A stretch of 63,405 nucleotides of DNA, the filler included, from Sphacelaria rigidula (taxonomy: Eukaryota), in NCBI GenBank assembly GCA_964200075.2. It is 6 parts of 6 records of this genome, joined end to end, with 100 filler letters (N's around TTAATTAATTAA, not from the genome) between each part and the next. Parts side by side here need not be neighbours in the genome. Positions count along the whole stretch, not along the records: positions 1 to 10,486 come from CAXNAA020006413.1; positions 10,587 to 21,071 come from CAXNAA020006414.1; 4 more parts are not named here. One strand, written 5' to 3'. The first letter of the stretch is position 1; the number at the start of each line of letters is the position of its first letter. This document shows, in pieces, positions 1-12,347 of this stretch. The notes beneath the pieces were generated by a model. The model saw nothing but the letters and a program-made list of their open reading frames with translations, searched no databases and was not told the DNA's origin. The position numbers were made by a program, and so were the translations under genes.

Positions 1-2788
1 CCACTGCGCTCTTGGGGACAGTAAAAGAGTCGTACAGTGAGATGAAGCAAAAATGGCACAGTACTACAGTACACACGCAGTTGCAAATAGTGTAGTGGTG
101 TACTATGTTCGAACATCTAATTGCCAGAGAATGACATTTGTCGCGTTGAAATATATGATGTAATCCACTAGTCGTTTTCTGCGTCACGAAGGGCGTTTTT
201 TTTTCAAGTACCCGGGAGCAGCTGTGATTTGGTGCCGAACACATGGGGCATACCTTTCGATATATGTACAAGGAGTTCAGCCACGAACCAAAGCTTGAAC
301 GGAATCGTTCCATCGTTTGACCGCGAGGGTAGGTAGGTCATCTGGCTGTGATAACATGTTTGCCAGATTCAGAACGGATTTTGCTTTCGGAACGGGAAGT
401 TTTTCGTTATTTATAACAACAAGGCGGTCTAATCGCCCGGAACGGCCGTCACCCCCCTGAAGGCCCGTGATCTGAAGGGAGTTGAGCGCAATCAGATTTA
501 AAATCGCGGTGTTCCTCACGTGAGATACGGCTGAAATGTGCATTTGTTTCTCCCCCTAATTTGGACACATTTTCCCTTTTAACTCTGTACTGACCATGTC
601 TATTTCAAATATTCTCGCACCACAATTCCCGTCAGATAACGGGCTTTCAGCGGGGTGACGACCGTTTCGGACGATCCGACCGCGTTGGTGTCAATCACGG
701 AAAACCTTCCGTTCCGGAAAAAAACCCAGCTAATATCACAAACATGTTGTTCTATGTTTTCATTTTCCAAGTTAATTTGATGCTGATCAAACACATCACC
801 CATCTATGCTCGTGGTCAAAGGTTTGATATTGGGAACAGGTGGAGCACTGTAGATCGCTTTACTGTTGTTACTCGTGACGGCGTTTGGCGTAATTTTTCC
901 TCTGAAGATGGAGCGAATGCTTTGCGGAATTTCTACTTGGTGGTGTTTGCTTCCGTCCCAGATGTTTCCGACCATTTGTTTGGATGGTGGGTGTTGTTGC
1001 GAGGTGTGCATCGTCTTTGGCACCGTCTTTGGCACTGAAGACACTCTGGTGATACAAGAAGAACCACAACTGTACTGTATTGGCATGTAACTTATGTGCG
1101 GTAATAATGGGCCACGAAATTGTCGCGCGAAAATTAAAGCGAAATTTCATCAGAGGTATCAACATAATTTCTCCGAAAAAGCCGTACGTGGCACAAATAC
1201 AATTGGCTAGGCGATTCAGCGCCATTTCCCCCCAGGGTACAAAAGTAGCACGAGTAGTTCGAGGCTTTGCCGATTGTCACATTTCGACAAGTCTTTCAGT
1301 GCTTTTCCGAGAGGGTTCCAGCGCCCTTTCCGACCTTTTCGTACGTCCACTTGACTTTTAGCCGGTAATTTTAGCCTTTTTTAGTCACTTGCGAAACCGT
1401 TTTCGTGGACTGGGCGACAAATTATTCATCTGGCCAAAAGTCGAACCGGGCGCACGAGAGTTCGAAAAAGTGGGCCATAATCCTCCCAGAGAGTACAGTG
1501 GCAATTCTTCATGAGGTGGCATAATCCACCGAACCACGTATACCGGCGGAAATCGGCACTGGATCATCAAACAGGCTTTTTTGGAGAGATTGTTCGTTGG
1601 ACACGAGCAAGCGGCTTCATACGATTCACCCATCCCTCGCTTCCATGCCAAGCAATGACCCCGTGAAGTGAACAAGATGATATTGCCTGCACGTGTATGT
1701 CGGTCCGAGCTAGAATCAATATAATCTTCTTGACCTCCCTGTGAAACGGCGAGGCAGTCGGAAAGGCCACGATGCCACTAACCGGTAGCTGTGCACTGGA
1801 ATGACCCATCAAAATAGAGAGTTTCGGGGGAAACAAATTATGAGCAAGTTTGTAGTGCAGAATGGAAGCGTTAAAACTTCACTTCATATTGGAAGATGAT
1901 ATGACGTGGCTTGACGTGGATTTTTTCGGTCGCAGTGATCAGCCGCAGGTTCTGCCTACTCATGAGTACTTCGAAAACAGACGTATGGACCAATGCGCAT
2001 CGGTACAGGGGAGTTACGATAGCGCACCTACTGCATTGTTGAAATTGCTGCGGTCACCACACAGTGCTGCTACTGAGAGGAGTCAAGGTACATTCCAGTG
2101 CGTTCAGTAGAGTACAGTGCAATGCAAGCTCGATAGTAGACTGCCGCGGCACAAATGGATCAAGGTGGGCTATGCACTGTAGCAGACAGTAGCTACAGAG
2201 GAGCATATGACTGTACAAGTAGTACGGTGCACAAGTGCATTGCAGTGGTAATTACAGTACGTCCAACTGAATAACAGGGCATGCCGCGAGTACCCAACGT
2301 CGCATCATGGTGTCACCCTAAATCACGGCAGGCTTCGCTGGATTCATCAGCAGTACAGCACTGCCCCTGTGTAATTTCCCAACGTTTTTTTACTTTTATT
2401 TTGAGGAGTTAAGCAGACCATGACTCTGAAACAGATAAATGCCCTCTACTTAAATCAAGTTGCGCACGTCAATGCACATGTTACCCCGCGGGCGCGGAGC
2501 CGCTGGCAGGTAACTTTTGCAACTAGATGGGGTTCATTTTTTTCGCTGGCAGGTTGTCTTATTTCGCTTGCACGGGCAGTTCTACGCCCGCTGTGCGATC
2601 GCCAACCCACAGGCATCCTCTTTTTAGGATCCGATTTTTACTTTAGAATATCGAATCATCTGCAAATCATAGGTTCAGCACCGAACACTCCACGTTATCC
2701 TTTGCCTTGGGAAACGCTCCATTGAGCGGGGGCGCGAAGCGCCAATAACCTCGTACAGTACATACAGTTCACATTTTTTCCCAATTGC

Positions 2789-3640
2789 GAGCCCTACAGA
2801 CAGGTGCACTTTTTTCACTTGGTTTTAGAGTACATATCTTTCGGGTTCATTTCGTTTTCAGAAGCCCTGAGAAAGCAGCATGGCCTCTTATTTGATTTTA
2901 GAGTACAGTGAAACGGGCTCATTTCGTTCTCTGAACCTCCGAGAAGGCAGCTGATCTTCGAGTACATGTTTTCCATTTCAGCCTCTTCGCTTTCATTCCG
3001 CTAAACATTCATTCCGGTTCTGCTCGAGTTTCGGGAGCATCGTTTTCGTTTCGCTTTCCGGGCTGTGTTGTGCATGGCGTTTTCGCTCCGTTTTCTTACC
3101 TTGGTAGAACAATTTCTATCGTGAGCCGCGTCTTTCCTCTCTTCCTTATGTGTGCTGTTTGCTGCACACCGCGTTCTAGAGCCCTGCAGACAGGTGCACT
3201 TTTTCACTTGATTTCAGAGTACATATCTTTCGGGTTCATTTCGTTCTCTGAACCTCTGAGAAGGCAGCTGATCTTTGAGTGCACGTTCTCCATATCAGCC
3301 TCTCCGCTTTCATTTCGCTAGACATTCATTCCGGTTCTGCTTGGGTTTCGGGAGCATCGCTTCCGTTTCGCTTCCCGGGCTGTGTTGTGCATGGCGTTTT
3401 CGCTCCGTTTTCTTACTTTGATATAAAAATTTCTATCGTGAGCCGCGTCTTTCCTCTCTCCCTTGTGTGTGCTGTTTGCTGCACACCGCGTTCTAGAGCC
3501 CTGCAGACAGGTGTACTTTTTCACTTGATTTTAGAGTACAGTGAAACGGGGTCATTTCGTTCTCTGAACCTCTGAGAAGGCAGCTGATCTTTGAGTGCAC
3601 GTTCTCCATATCAGCCTCTTTGTTTTCATTTCGCTAGACA
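2789..3640. repeat. Tandem repeat with ~316-bp unit (about 2.5 diverged copies)
   Basis: GAGCCCTRCAGACAGGTG recurs at 2789, 3180 and 3496. The near-identical ORF translations 3001-3207 and 3318-3524 reflect the duplication. Confidence 0.9.
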
Positions 3641-3642
3641 TG

Positions 3643-5277
3643 CTTTTGAAGGATCCAAGGATTATGCGTTTTGCGTTTTTGTTTCTGAACCCTGTTCGGT
3701 ATGATGGGTAATGTCTGCGATGTGGGAGCCGTGGTTGAGCGTGTTTTAAGAGAGATCGATCCCTACTGTTCGTCGATTGTATGCATCACATGTCCCGTTT
3801 CTCATATACTATATCTATGACGTTGCGGATATTGCCTGATTATTGTGATATGGTATTTGAAATGTCGATGGCCAATGCGGTTACGGGCGTTTTTGCGGTG
3901 AAAAAGTACTGGACTCATGGTTGCCAACACTGGCGTGTGTCCGTCATAAGTCTTTGTGTCCTCGGGTTTGGGAGGCGCACTAATATTTTGGTTGATGGTA
4001 CGAGTGTCCCCGGGTGTGTGCTGTTGCAGTGAAAAAGAATATGTCGTTCCCACGTGACGGCATGTGATATACCGGATTTGTGTGCAGGGGTTTTCACAAT
4101 TGACCCTTTCGGGCCTTACCATGGATACTGATTATTTGCAATTGACGGTTTTCGAGCAAGATATGATTGATGGTTCACAGCTCAGACGCAACAATATTCG
4201 CCCAGTGCGTATTTTTCAGACCCGTGCGAATGACAAGTGGAACAAAATAAGATTTCCTATTTACCGATGTGCCGTACCAGACCCAGGAACCCATTGCTGT
4301 TTTTTTAATGAAATGTTTCAAAGTGTTTTTGCTAATTATTGCCGATGCATACAATTGGACACACTTCATCGGTTGCGTGGTATGATTGGACAAACCTCAC
4401 CTGACCTCTCGACGGAGGACACTTTTCCTGCACCCGCCGCGTGTGCTACTGAATTTGAGATCTTCTTTGGTTTTCTGTTTCAAAAATGGTTGGCGTCGGC
4501 CTTTTCTGTTTCCATATTTCCTCAATGTCGGGGCTTTTCATAATGAGGCGTTCGACCCGAGGACAGGAGGGTTCCAAAAGGGTAAATAAGTACGAGCTTT
4601 CGAAGGATCTAAGGAGCATGCCTTCTTCGTTTCTGTTTCTGGACTCTGTTTCGTACGATGGGTCATGTCTGTGAAGTGAGATCCGTGGTTCAGCGTGTTT
4701 TGACGGAGATCGGTCGCTACTGTTCGTCGATTGTATGCATCACATGTTCCGTTTCTCATATATAACAATGTTTTCGTGAGATTGAGAGTACAGGATATGA
4801 CTGATAGTGATAAGCGATCAATCAATCACTGAATCGTTTCAGTTCCGGAATGCCCCTCCACGAGGCCCGATATTATTTCTGTATTAGCTTGCCATTGAGG
4901 TGCTTGACATCCCTGAGTAGGATATCGACGTGTAGTTGTAAGTATACGGCAGTGATGGAGGCAAAAAAGAGCACACACGGGATGAAAAATTGGCTAAGTC
5001 AAAGCGAATGATCAAAGCCACTCTCAATCCGCGCTCTACTCTTAATCTCACGAAAACGTTGTTATATATCTATTACGTTGAGGATATTGCCTAATTATTG
5101 TGATGTGGGATTTGAAATGTCGATAGTCAACACTGTTACGAAGGTTTTTGCGGTGTAATAGTACTGGACTCATGGTTGCGAACACTGGCGTGTGTCCCGT
5201 CACAAGTCTTTGTGTCCTCGGGTTTGGGAGGCGCATCAATAGTTTGGCTAATGGTACAAGTGTCCCCGGTTGTGTGT
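3643..5277. repeat. Diverged direct duplication of ~380 bp (3643-4022 and 4597-5277; second copy interrupted by a MITE)
   Basis: Shared blocks such as CTACTGTTCGTCGATTGTATGCATCACATGT and AGTCTTTGTGTCCTCGGGTTTGGGAGGCGCA in both copies. Confidence 0.9.
4765..5062. mobile_element. MITE family A (Tc1/mariner-type, TA target site), ~298 bp
   Basis: TIRs ACAATGTTTTCGTGAGATTGAGAGTA and TACTCTTAATCTCACGAAAACGTTGT, TA on both sides. Absent from the paralogous site near 3805. Homologous copy in opposite orientation at 18104-18404. Confidence 0.9.
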
Positions 5278-7240
5278 TCGTTGTCGGTGGGCGATGTTTC
5301 CTATTCGTTGCTGCGTGTGGAAAACGTGGATGTGTGTCGCCATGTGTGTTTTTCGACAGTGTAGGTTGCCATTTACCTGTTCCTGTACGTACGACTTTCA
5401 AAAATGTATAAACATTTTCTTCATATACTGCTCCGGATACATGTCTCAACATATGCACACAGCGGTATAAACTCCACTTCAAACTATTACCTGTGCCGTT
5501 ACGCAATGCGAGCTACGATGACCGGTTCTGATGTACCTTGGCTGTCGATCTCATTGACCGTGGCGGCGTAAGCCGCCGAACACATGGTATATATATATAC
5601 ATATATTCTTTCTTTGAGAAGCAAAATCAAGGCCATCCTCCGACTCAAAGGTGGTCAAAACAGCACTCGTACAACAAAGAGGTGGATCTTAATGTGTACA
5701 AAAAAACTAGTACCATCAATAACACGTCTTCGCTAGGTGAGGTCGAATCCCTGTAAAACTCGATCGGGTCAAACTGGTACGTCATCGGCCGGTTTGGGCG
5801 TAGTAGGAGTAGTGAATTCGAATCGTCATAACGATGAGTGTGAAAGCGTGAGTTAACACAAAAAATCGCTACAGAAGGAAGTCGATGGGGCGCGGGAATG
5901 CTGGTAAGCCATAATCCAATACAGGGCAACGAACTGCAAGGCAGGTAGAGAATTTTCTGACGCAGTGTTGGGGACGAGCGCACTAGACTCTACCGTAGAT
6001 GCGGGAGCCGAGCAAAGCGCGTGTTTTTTTCATCGTCCAGCTACATACAGCGATCGCACACCGCAAAGTCGAGACGCGAGCTACATAAACTTACCCTGTG
6101 TGCTTAAGATGAGGCAACACTTCTTCACAACGTGCGGGTAGGGGTGTTTAGGGCCGTCCATACTCCGGGTATACAACCGTCCATACTCAGTAATTTAGAT
6201 TGTCGACACACAGGCAGGGCACCAATCCTGGGGTATGGTATCCTACCCAAATCACCTTTGCAGCAATTTTACCATCTCGCCCACCAGTCGGCGCTCGACC
6301 TCTGATCATCTCCAACGCAGAGTTCAGGTTGCTAGTGAGTTAGTTAGTTGGACGTCAGTCGGACAGATTTATTCTTGATCGGGGGACAGGGGCGGAGGGG
6401 AGGAAGGATGGAAACGTTTCTGGTTGATTACATCGCCTGATTACTCAGATGCATATCATAAATCCTCTTCTCAATAAAATTGTGTGAGTGAGTGCCCACG
6501 TCCAAGTACAGCGTTCACAAGCTCTACAGTATTACGTTTAACACAAATTGATCACTGTCTTCCAGTATCAACTATTTTCCGGTGGGCGGGATCGACCGCC
6601 AGTACCCAAACACCCACAACGATTAAATAATCTTGGCACGGTCACCGTAGAATGGACACACGTTCGTATCCGTCAACTGTGGGGGGAGGCGAAACACTTC
6701 AAGCCTTCCATTGTAGTTCACAGTGCTCCTGCGAAACATGCTGGTTTTGCAGACACAGGCCCCGTGTACTTGTCAACGCAGTCGTCATGCGCATCATTTT
6801 GAAGACCTTGGGGGACCTACACCGTACAAGAGCAACCGTGCCTCGTCTGTAAAAATAACCGACACACACTGAACGTAAGTGGAGCATTGGCATACACAGG
6901 ACTCCAGTGGGCATGGAGGACGTACTCCGCGATGAAACATGGTTTTCATATCAGGGAAGCAGCAACAACAGCAACAGCAGAATCAAGCGTATCTATCTAT
7001 TTATTTATTTTTCCCTTTGCTCCATCCACATATTCGAGCAGCAGAGAAACACACACAGACACACAGACACACAGACACACTCGCACGCACGCACGCGCGC
7101 ATCGAGATAGCTAGCTAGCTCTGTGCAGTGTAAAAAAGCGACCATTACTGCATGGTTGTGCCATACATCAAACGATCATGAGGGCGGGAGAGGGGGGGGG
7201 GGGGGGGAAAGGTGATGGGGGCGGGGGGGGGGCGACCAAC

Positions 7241-7404
7241 CTTCTTCTACCAACGGTGCCGCCCACGGTCGTAGTAGGTGTGGATAGCCTTGGGAGAACG
7301 GCAGGTGAAGATGCTCCCACCTCCACGTCCAGGGAAGCAGGTGAACGACGGCCGTTGGTTCGGCTGGGTGACCTACTACTGAGGCGTTCCTGCGATGCAT
7401 CCAT
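7241..7404 (-). CDS. Possible first coding exon of an unidentified gene (MDASQERLSSRSPSRTNGRRSPASLDVEVG...)
   Basis: ATG at 7404, GC-rich Ser/Pro/Arg-rich reading frame, AG|GTTGGT donor followed by a C-rich tract. No convincing downstream exon or recognisable domain. Confidence 0.3.
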
Positions 7405-9309
7405 CGATTTGTTGGATGATTGATTGGTTGAATGATTGTTGATCGACTGATTCATCGTCTTAGATCAGCTCATCTGATACGAAGCCAGTCCTGGGTCACG
7501 CAAGATGTAATGTGAGACTGTGCCAAAAGGTGACGAAAAACTCCCCTTATTTGAAATAAAACTGAAAACAAGAAGGGAGAAAATGAAAAAAGGACATGAA
7601 AAGGTAGAAAGCAACAGGGCGGGGGTAAAGGAAAATAATATAAATTGGAAAACGGGAGTGCCACAAATGAAAGAGCGTGCGAAACAAAACAACTGAAGAA
7701 AATGAAGATTTTAAAAGTGAAAAAGCGCCGACTTTCGTCACTTGAATTTATCTTTTGCTACCCACGTTCTCACGTTTCCAACGATAGAAGTTACGTATTG
7801 CAAAAGCTCCGCGAAAGAAAGAAAGAACAGAAGAATCTGGAGTTGTGCCACGGCAGGATTTACATAAATAGGCCCAGGGGTTCCTCCTAAAGTTAGGAGC
7901 TCAACGAGAGAATGGATCACGTTCATTCCCGTTTCAAAATTACTTCGAAATAATCCCTCCTAACTCAGCAAAATGCTAATCGCGGCGTGCTCTCGCATGC
8001 TCCATCACGTCGTTTTATGGACGGGATGACGGGCTCCCAACAACTCAAATCTGAGAAACGTTTGGTGCCCCCCCTACCGTGACACCACTCTCTGCTGGGA
8101 TTAAAATCCTCAACTTTGCTTGCCCTATGCGGTTCCAAGACGTACCGGTCAAACCACGGGCGTGCGGCTCTATTTCTTTCTGTTCCTACTGATAGCTCCT
8201 ACCCTTCCTCGGGACGACTCCGCGGCCCAGAGGGATCAATCCATTTATTCCCCGGTACCCGATACACGCCTTACATTTTGGTATCGCGTTTTGGATCATG
8301 ACCACCAGCACTCTCGCACCGCGTCGACTGTCATGTAACATAGCAAACTCAGCCAAACAGATTACTTTTGCTAGTCACGTCACGCTTTCAACGATGAAAA
8401 GTCGGATTTTTGTGAGGGTAAGATTTAAAAACAAAAGTCAAACAAGACGCATCTGTTCCGAATTGAACCTTTTATCTCGGCCTAATCATGGTGTCAGCTG
8501 TACTGTACCATGAAACCACCGGGGCGCGGCTATCGTAAAAAGTAACTGTTCAAGACAAAGCAAAACAGTACAAAACACAGTATACTTACTTTGCCGTATC
8601 ATTGTCTCAGCCGTTCACACAAACCATCTACACGTCGTCGTTTACTTGTGATGCCCAGTACACACAGACACACACATATACTTCAAAGTATATATATATG
8701 TATATATAAATATATATAAACAGACACGGCCATACTGCGGTACGCGGTAATTATTGATCATGGCCTACGCTGAAACAGCTTTTTGCATGAGTCCCGGTTA
8801 CATCGGACATTTTACCACTTCTTCTCTTCCCAGAAAACCACTTGATCATGACAAGCAGCTGTTGTTTTTTCCTTCGTTTTTCCTCCTTGCGCATACAAAT
8901 CCTCCCTGCTGAAAACAACGGCGAAACTAACACGTACGAAACTTACAGGCACTGCTATTGCAAATTCTCGTTCATTTACAAATCAAGTGTCAAGCACGGA
9001 GCACGCTGCTTATCTTGGTGGTGGTGGAGAGACTCGTTGCGTAAGCTGATAAGCAGGTTACCTCTTTTTTTCTCGCGCTTGCGTTTTTTTTGCAGCAACC
9101 ATGATGGTGGTGGAGCTAGATCATATTGTGCGGGATGGGAGAAAGCAATTCCGCCACACCCTAGACAAAACATTCCTTGGTAAAAAACTGTGCTGCGTAC
9201 AGAATGGAATCTGTTGTCTATTGCAATCGAAGCAGTAGTCATACTTTACGCAGTACACTTTTTGACAATGTAATCTGCTGTCCAGGGTGCGAATTCCGCG
9301 CAAGGAGGA

Positions 9310-9605
9310 TGATACATACTACGTAGTGTGTAAATGGTGAGACACCCATGAGGCAGTGTAGGACCCGTGGCTGTCTCTGGAAGTGGCGATACCAGAACAT
9401 GAAGCAACTCACCGGAGGCTGTCATCGGAACGCAATATAATTAGTACGCTTCGGGCGGAATAATCATCGCAAGATGCAGCTCACCCTCCATGCAACTCGC
9501 CGAATAAGACACGGCGCTTCGCGCTTGGTGATTGAGTGCGAGCCTGGTGCGGCGAAAAAAACCCGGCGTGCTCCGTCCCGACTTTGTAGGGATGAGAGGT
9601 CATGA
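9310..9605 (+). repeat. Dispersed ~290-bp repeat, probable 5' region of a LINE family
   Basis: Reverse-complement homolog at ~30500-30790 (shared GAGACACCCATGAGGCAGTGT, CACGGCGCTTCGCGCTT, AAAACCCGGCGTGCTCCG). Both copies abut LINE ORF2 remnants. Confidence 0.8.
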
Positions 9606-10486
9606 ATACACTTTTCCATACTTTCTCGACTACGCTGTACCACCTTTTTTCCAGCTGCCCTTTTGTTACTGCTTTCTGTACAGCCTCATCAACTATGAAT
9701 TGCAATCTCTTTCTTGGCATGTTCCTCACGTTATAATACCATTTTCAATTTTTCACAACTTTATTTGTTTCAAGTGGGTACATCCCCGATTCTGCTCTCA
9801 ACACTGTATTACTCGTTGATTTTGAGCATCCAAGTATTTTCTTAGATACTGCCATCTGTGCTGTTTTTTCATATTATTGGTCAACTTCGCGTTCCCCTCC
9901 CATACTTCTCCTGCATATTACAAACTTGGTACAATCATATTCATCAGAATACATGTCGTAATCCTAGTATCTAGGTTATGATCCCCGATACCGTATCTGG
10001 CCCCACCCTGACTCCTCGCTTTGGTACTTTTATTTTTACTGTCATGTCATTAATGAATACCTTAAATACGGTGAGTACATCTGCTTCTATCTCTCCAAAC
10101 CTTCTCTGTATATCGTTTACCATACTCTTCGACTCTGGGGGTCATACAGGTATGAAGATGCTCCCTGCGAAAAAATAATTCGTTCCCCGCTCTCCTGGTA
10201 CCCTTATTCATATTCTCTGTTCGAAATTTTGACTTTGATCACTTCTATTATGTCACACATGTATTCTTGGCTACAAATCTTACCGCTCCCCTATTCTTGG
10301 GTTTCTATCCCTTCTGTTTTACCCCGATCCATGCGTATTCTCCAACTTTGCAGGCGAGGAGAAGTAATGTTAGTGGGAGATTTTAATGCGAGGGTAGGAA
10401 GAGCAGGCCAACCGGATAATATCATTGGGCAATACGGGGAAGGTACGAAGAACATGAATGGGGTAGAAATGCTCAAGTTCCTTGAG
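9606..10486. mobile_element. Degenerate, internally rearranged non-LTR retrotransposon (LINE; APE endonuclease and RT remnants)
   Basis: Plus strand ~10348-10486 reads GEVMLVGDFNARVG...IIGQYGEGTKNMNG (APE motif GDFNA). Minus strand reads IRVPGERG...PPES...FGEIEADV, then FKVFINDM (RT) and KRLQFIVD...KGQLEKRWYSVVEKVWK (post-RT). Confidence 0.85.
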
Positions 10487-10586
10487 NNNNNNNNNNNNNN
10501 NNNNNNNNNNNNNNNNNNNNNNNNNNNNNNTTAATTAATTAANNNNNNNNNNNNNNNNNNNNNNNNNNNNNNNNNNNNNNNNNNNN
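10487..10586. other. Artificial contig-joining linker (N44-TTAATTAATTAA-N44)
   Basis: 100-bp spacer with a 12-mer giving stop codons in all six frames; identical at five positions. Confidence 0.98.
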
Positions 10587-12347
10587 TTTTTGTGCAACCA
10601 AATACCCCCCCCCCCCCTATCGTAGGATGACTCGGCCATTCTTCATTTGCCGGGCGTTGAACATGTTTCGCCGCCAGGATGACTCCAGCATAGAAGCCCC
10701 GTATGGTAGTCAGAAATTCAATCGGACTCACACAGAATAGTCCGAAGAACTGCTCGAGCAGTCCTGTTTGGTACAAAGTTGCACAGTGCAAACACGCTGC
10801 CACAGCATACAGTACAATGCGAACACCATCACGTACCTGGCTAATATGGTGCAAATACCGTGCTAACACGCACCTGGCTAACATGGTAGGTACCTGGGCA
10901 CCAGATCTAACAGGAGCTGTTTTCTGTCACAGTACGCACCTGAATAATGAACGCGGGTTACAGTCTCGCAGTCCCTCCAGGTGCACAGCACCAACAACCG
11001 CCGCCCATGTGTACTTTGCGCACGCATGTTCGCCGGTTTCCGTCTCGGGCCACTTCACTCTCTAGGAGTGGATCAACAGTACTTACCTCCTGCCTGCGAA
11101 GCCCTTCGTACACAGCATGCCCGCTGTGAGTACTGTATGAGACACATTGACCGAACGTGCGGTACTGTAAGATCCCGACCTGGAATTTTTGAATTTTGAA
11201 ATTTGAAATTTTGAAAAAACAGTCCTCGTACACGGAAGCAGGCGCACGTGAAATGATGAGTCACAGGACGTACCTGTGCTGTCGTGTTAGCACGGAGGGT
11301 GGCAAGCATACGCTGCAGCCAGGTGTCCCAGTTCTGTTCTGCCCAGCCGATGATCTTTTCGAGTAACCAACAGGCATGTAAGATTCTGGCACCTCAACAC
11401 GTGATCGTTGCTCAGAAGACCCCACGCTGAACAGAAAGCACGATTGATGCACTACTGTACACCGTATGCAAAGACAACGCGAAACAGTGCAGCTCTACAG
11501 CGATGCGAGTATGCGGTACTGCTTACATTCTCGATTGATCATCATGTCGTGGTCGAGTCTCAGGGCGTATCAAGCTCGTGGGACATAGGCTGGGGGTGGT
11601 GTAACTACTGCAGCCCAGCATAACCGTTACTGCAGCACACAACGGTGTTGCACCAGAGACTCACCAGAGTTCGGTTCAAACAGTACTACATGCATCGTGC
11701 AAAAGACAGGCTAACTTCCACGTGCAGAAGAGATGCTCTTGACTTGCTTGCAAGCAGGATGTCTCCAAGTATGGCTGATAGCTTTTGTTATTAAGTTCGC
11801 TGGTTGCTAAACCTGAGTGATCCCCGTGGGGTGATATTGTATAACCAGACTAGAATATAACCTGACTAACGTACGGCTGGAATACGACCTATCGCCCATA
11901 TCACGCACATCGAGAACGCCTTCTACATAAGCGACTGATATCCGCCGTCACAATTGCTATCTCGACTCCCCCGGCACTATCCAGGAGCGTAGCTGACGGC
12001 CGTTCATATCGACCCCCGTCTCGAACCTCCACACAATTTTCAACAGAGCCCGCAGAGTCCGCGACTAAGATTGTCCGCCCGGCTCTCCCGGCTCTCCCGG
12101 CACTATGCAGGAATGCAACTGACGGCCGATCAAATCGACCCCGTCTTCATCCCTCCACACACCGCGTAACAGTTGTGTCACCCCGTGACTCAGATCTATA
12201 TCCGGCACTGAACTTGGTCCTTCAGTACCGAGTATAAGTCTGAGGTGTGGGAAGACCAACCGCCAGTCCCTGAGGCAACGGCTTCCCTCAGCGATCGCAC
12301 GCACAGGTAGCAGCAAGCCTTTTTCAGCTGACCCAAATGTTGCTGAT

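Noticed and set aside
11600-11690. 5' LTR of the Gypsy element (TGTAACTACTG...CAGTACTACA)
   Set aside because: No matching copy after the PPT-like tract near 19050 and no clear PBS or TSD.
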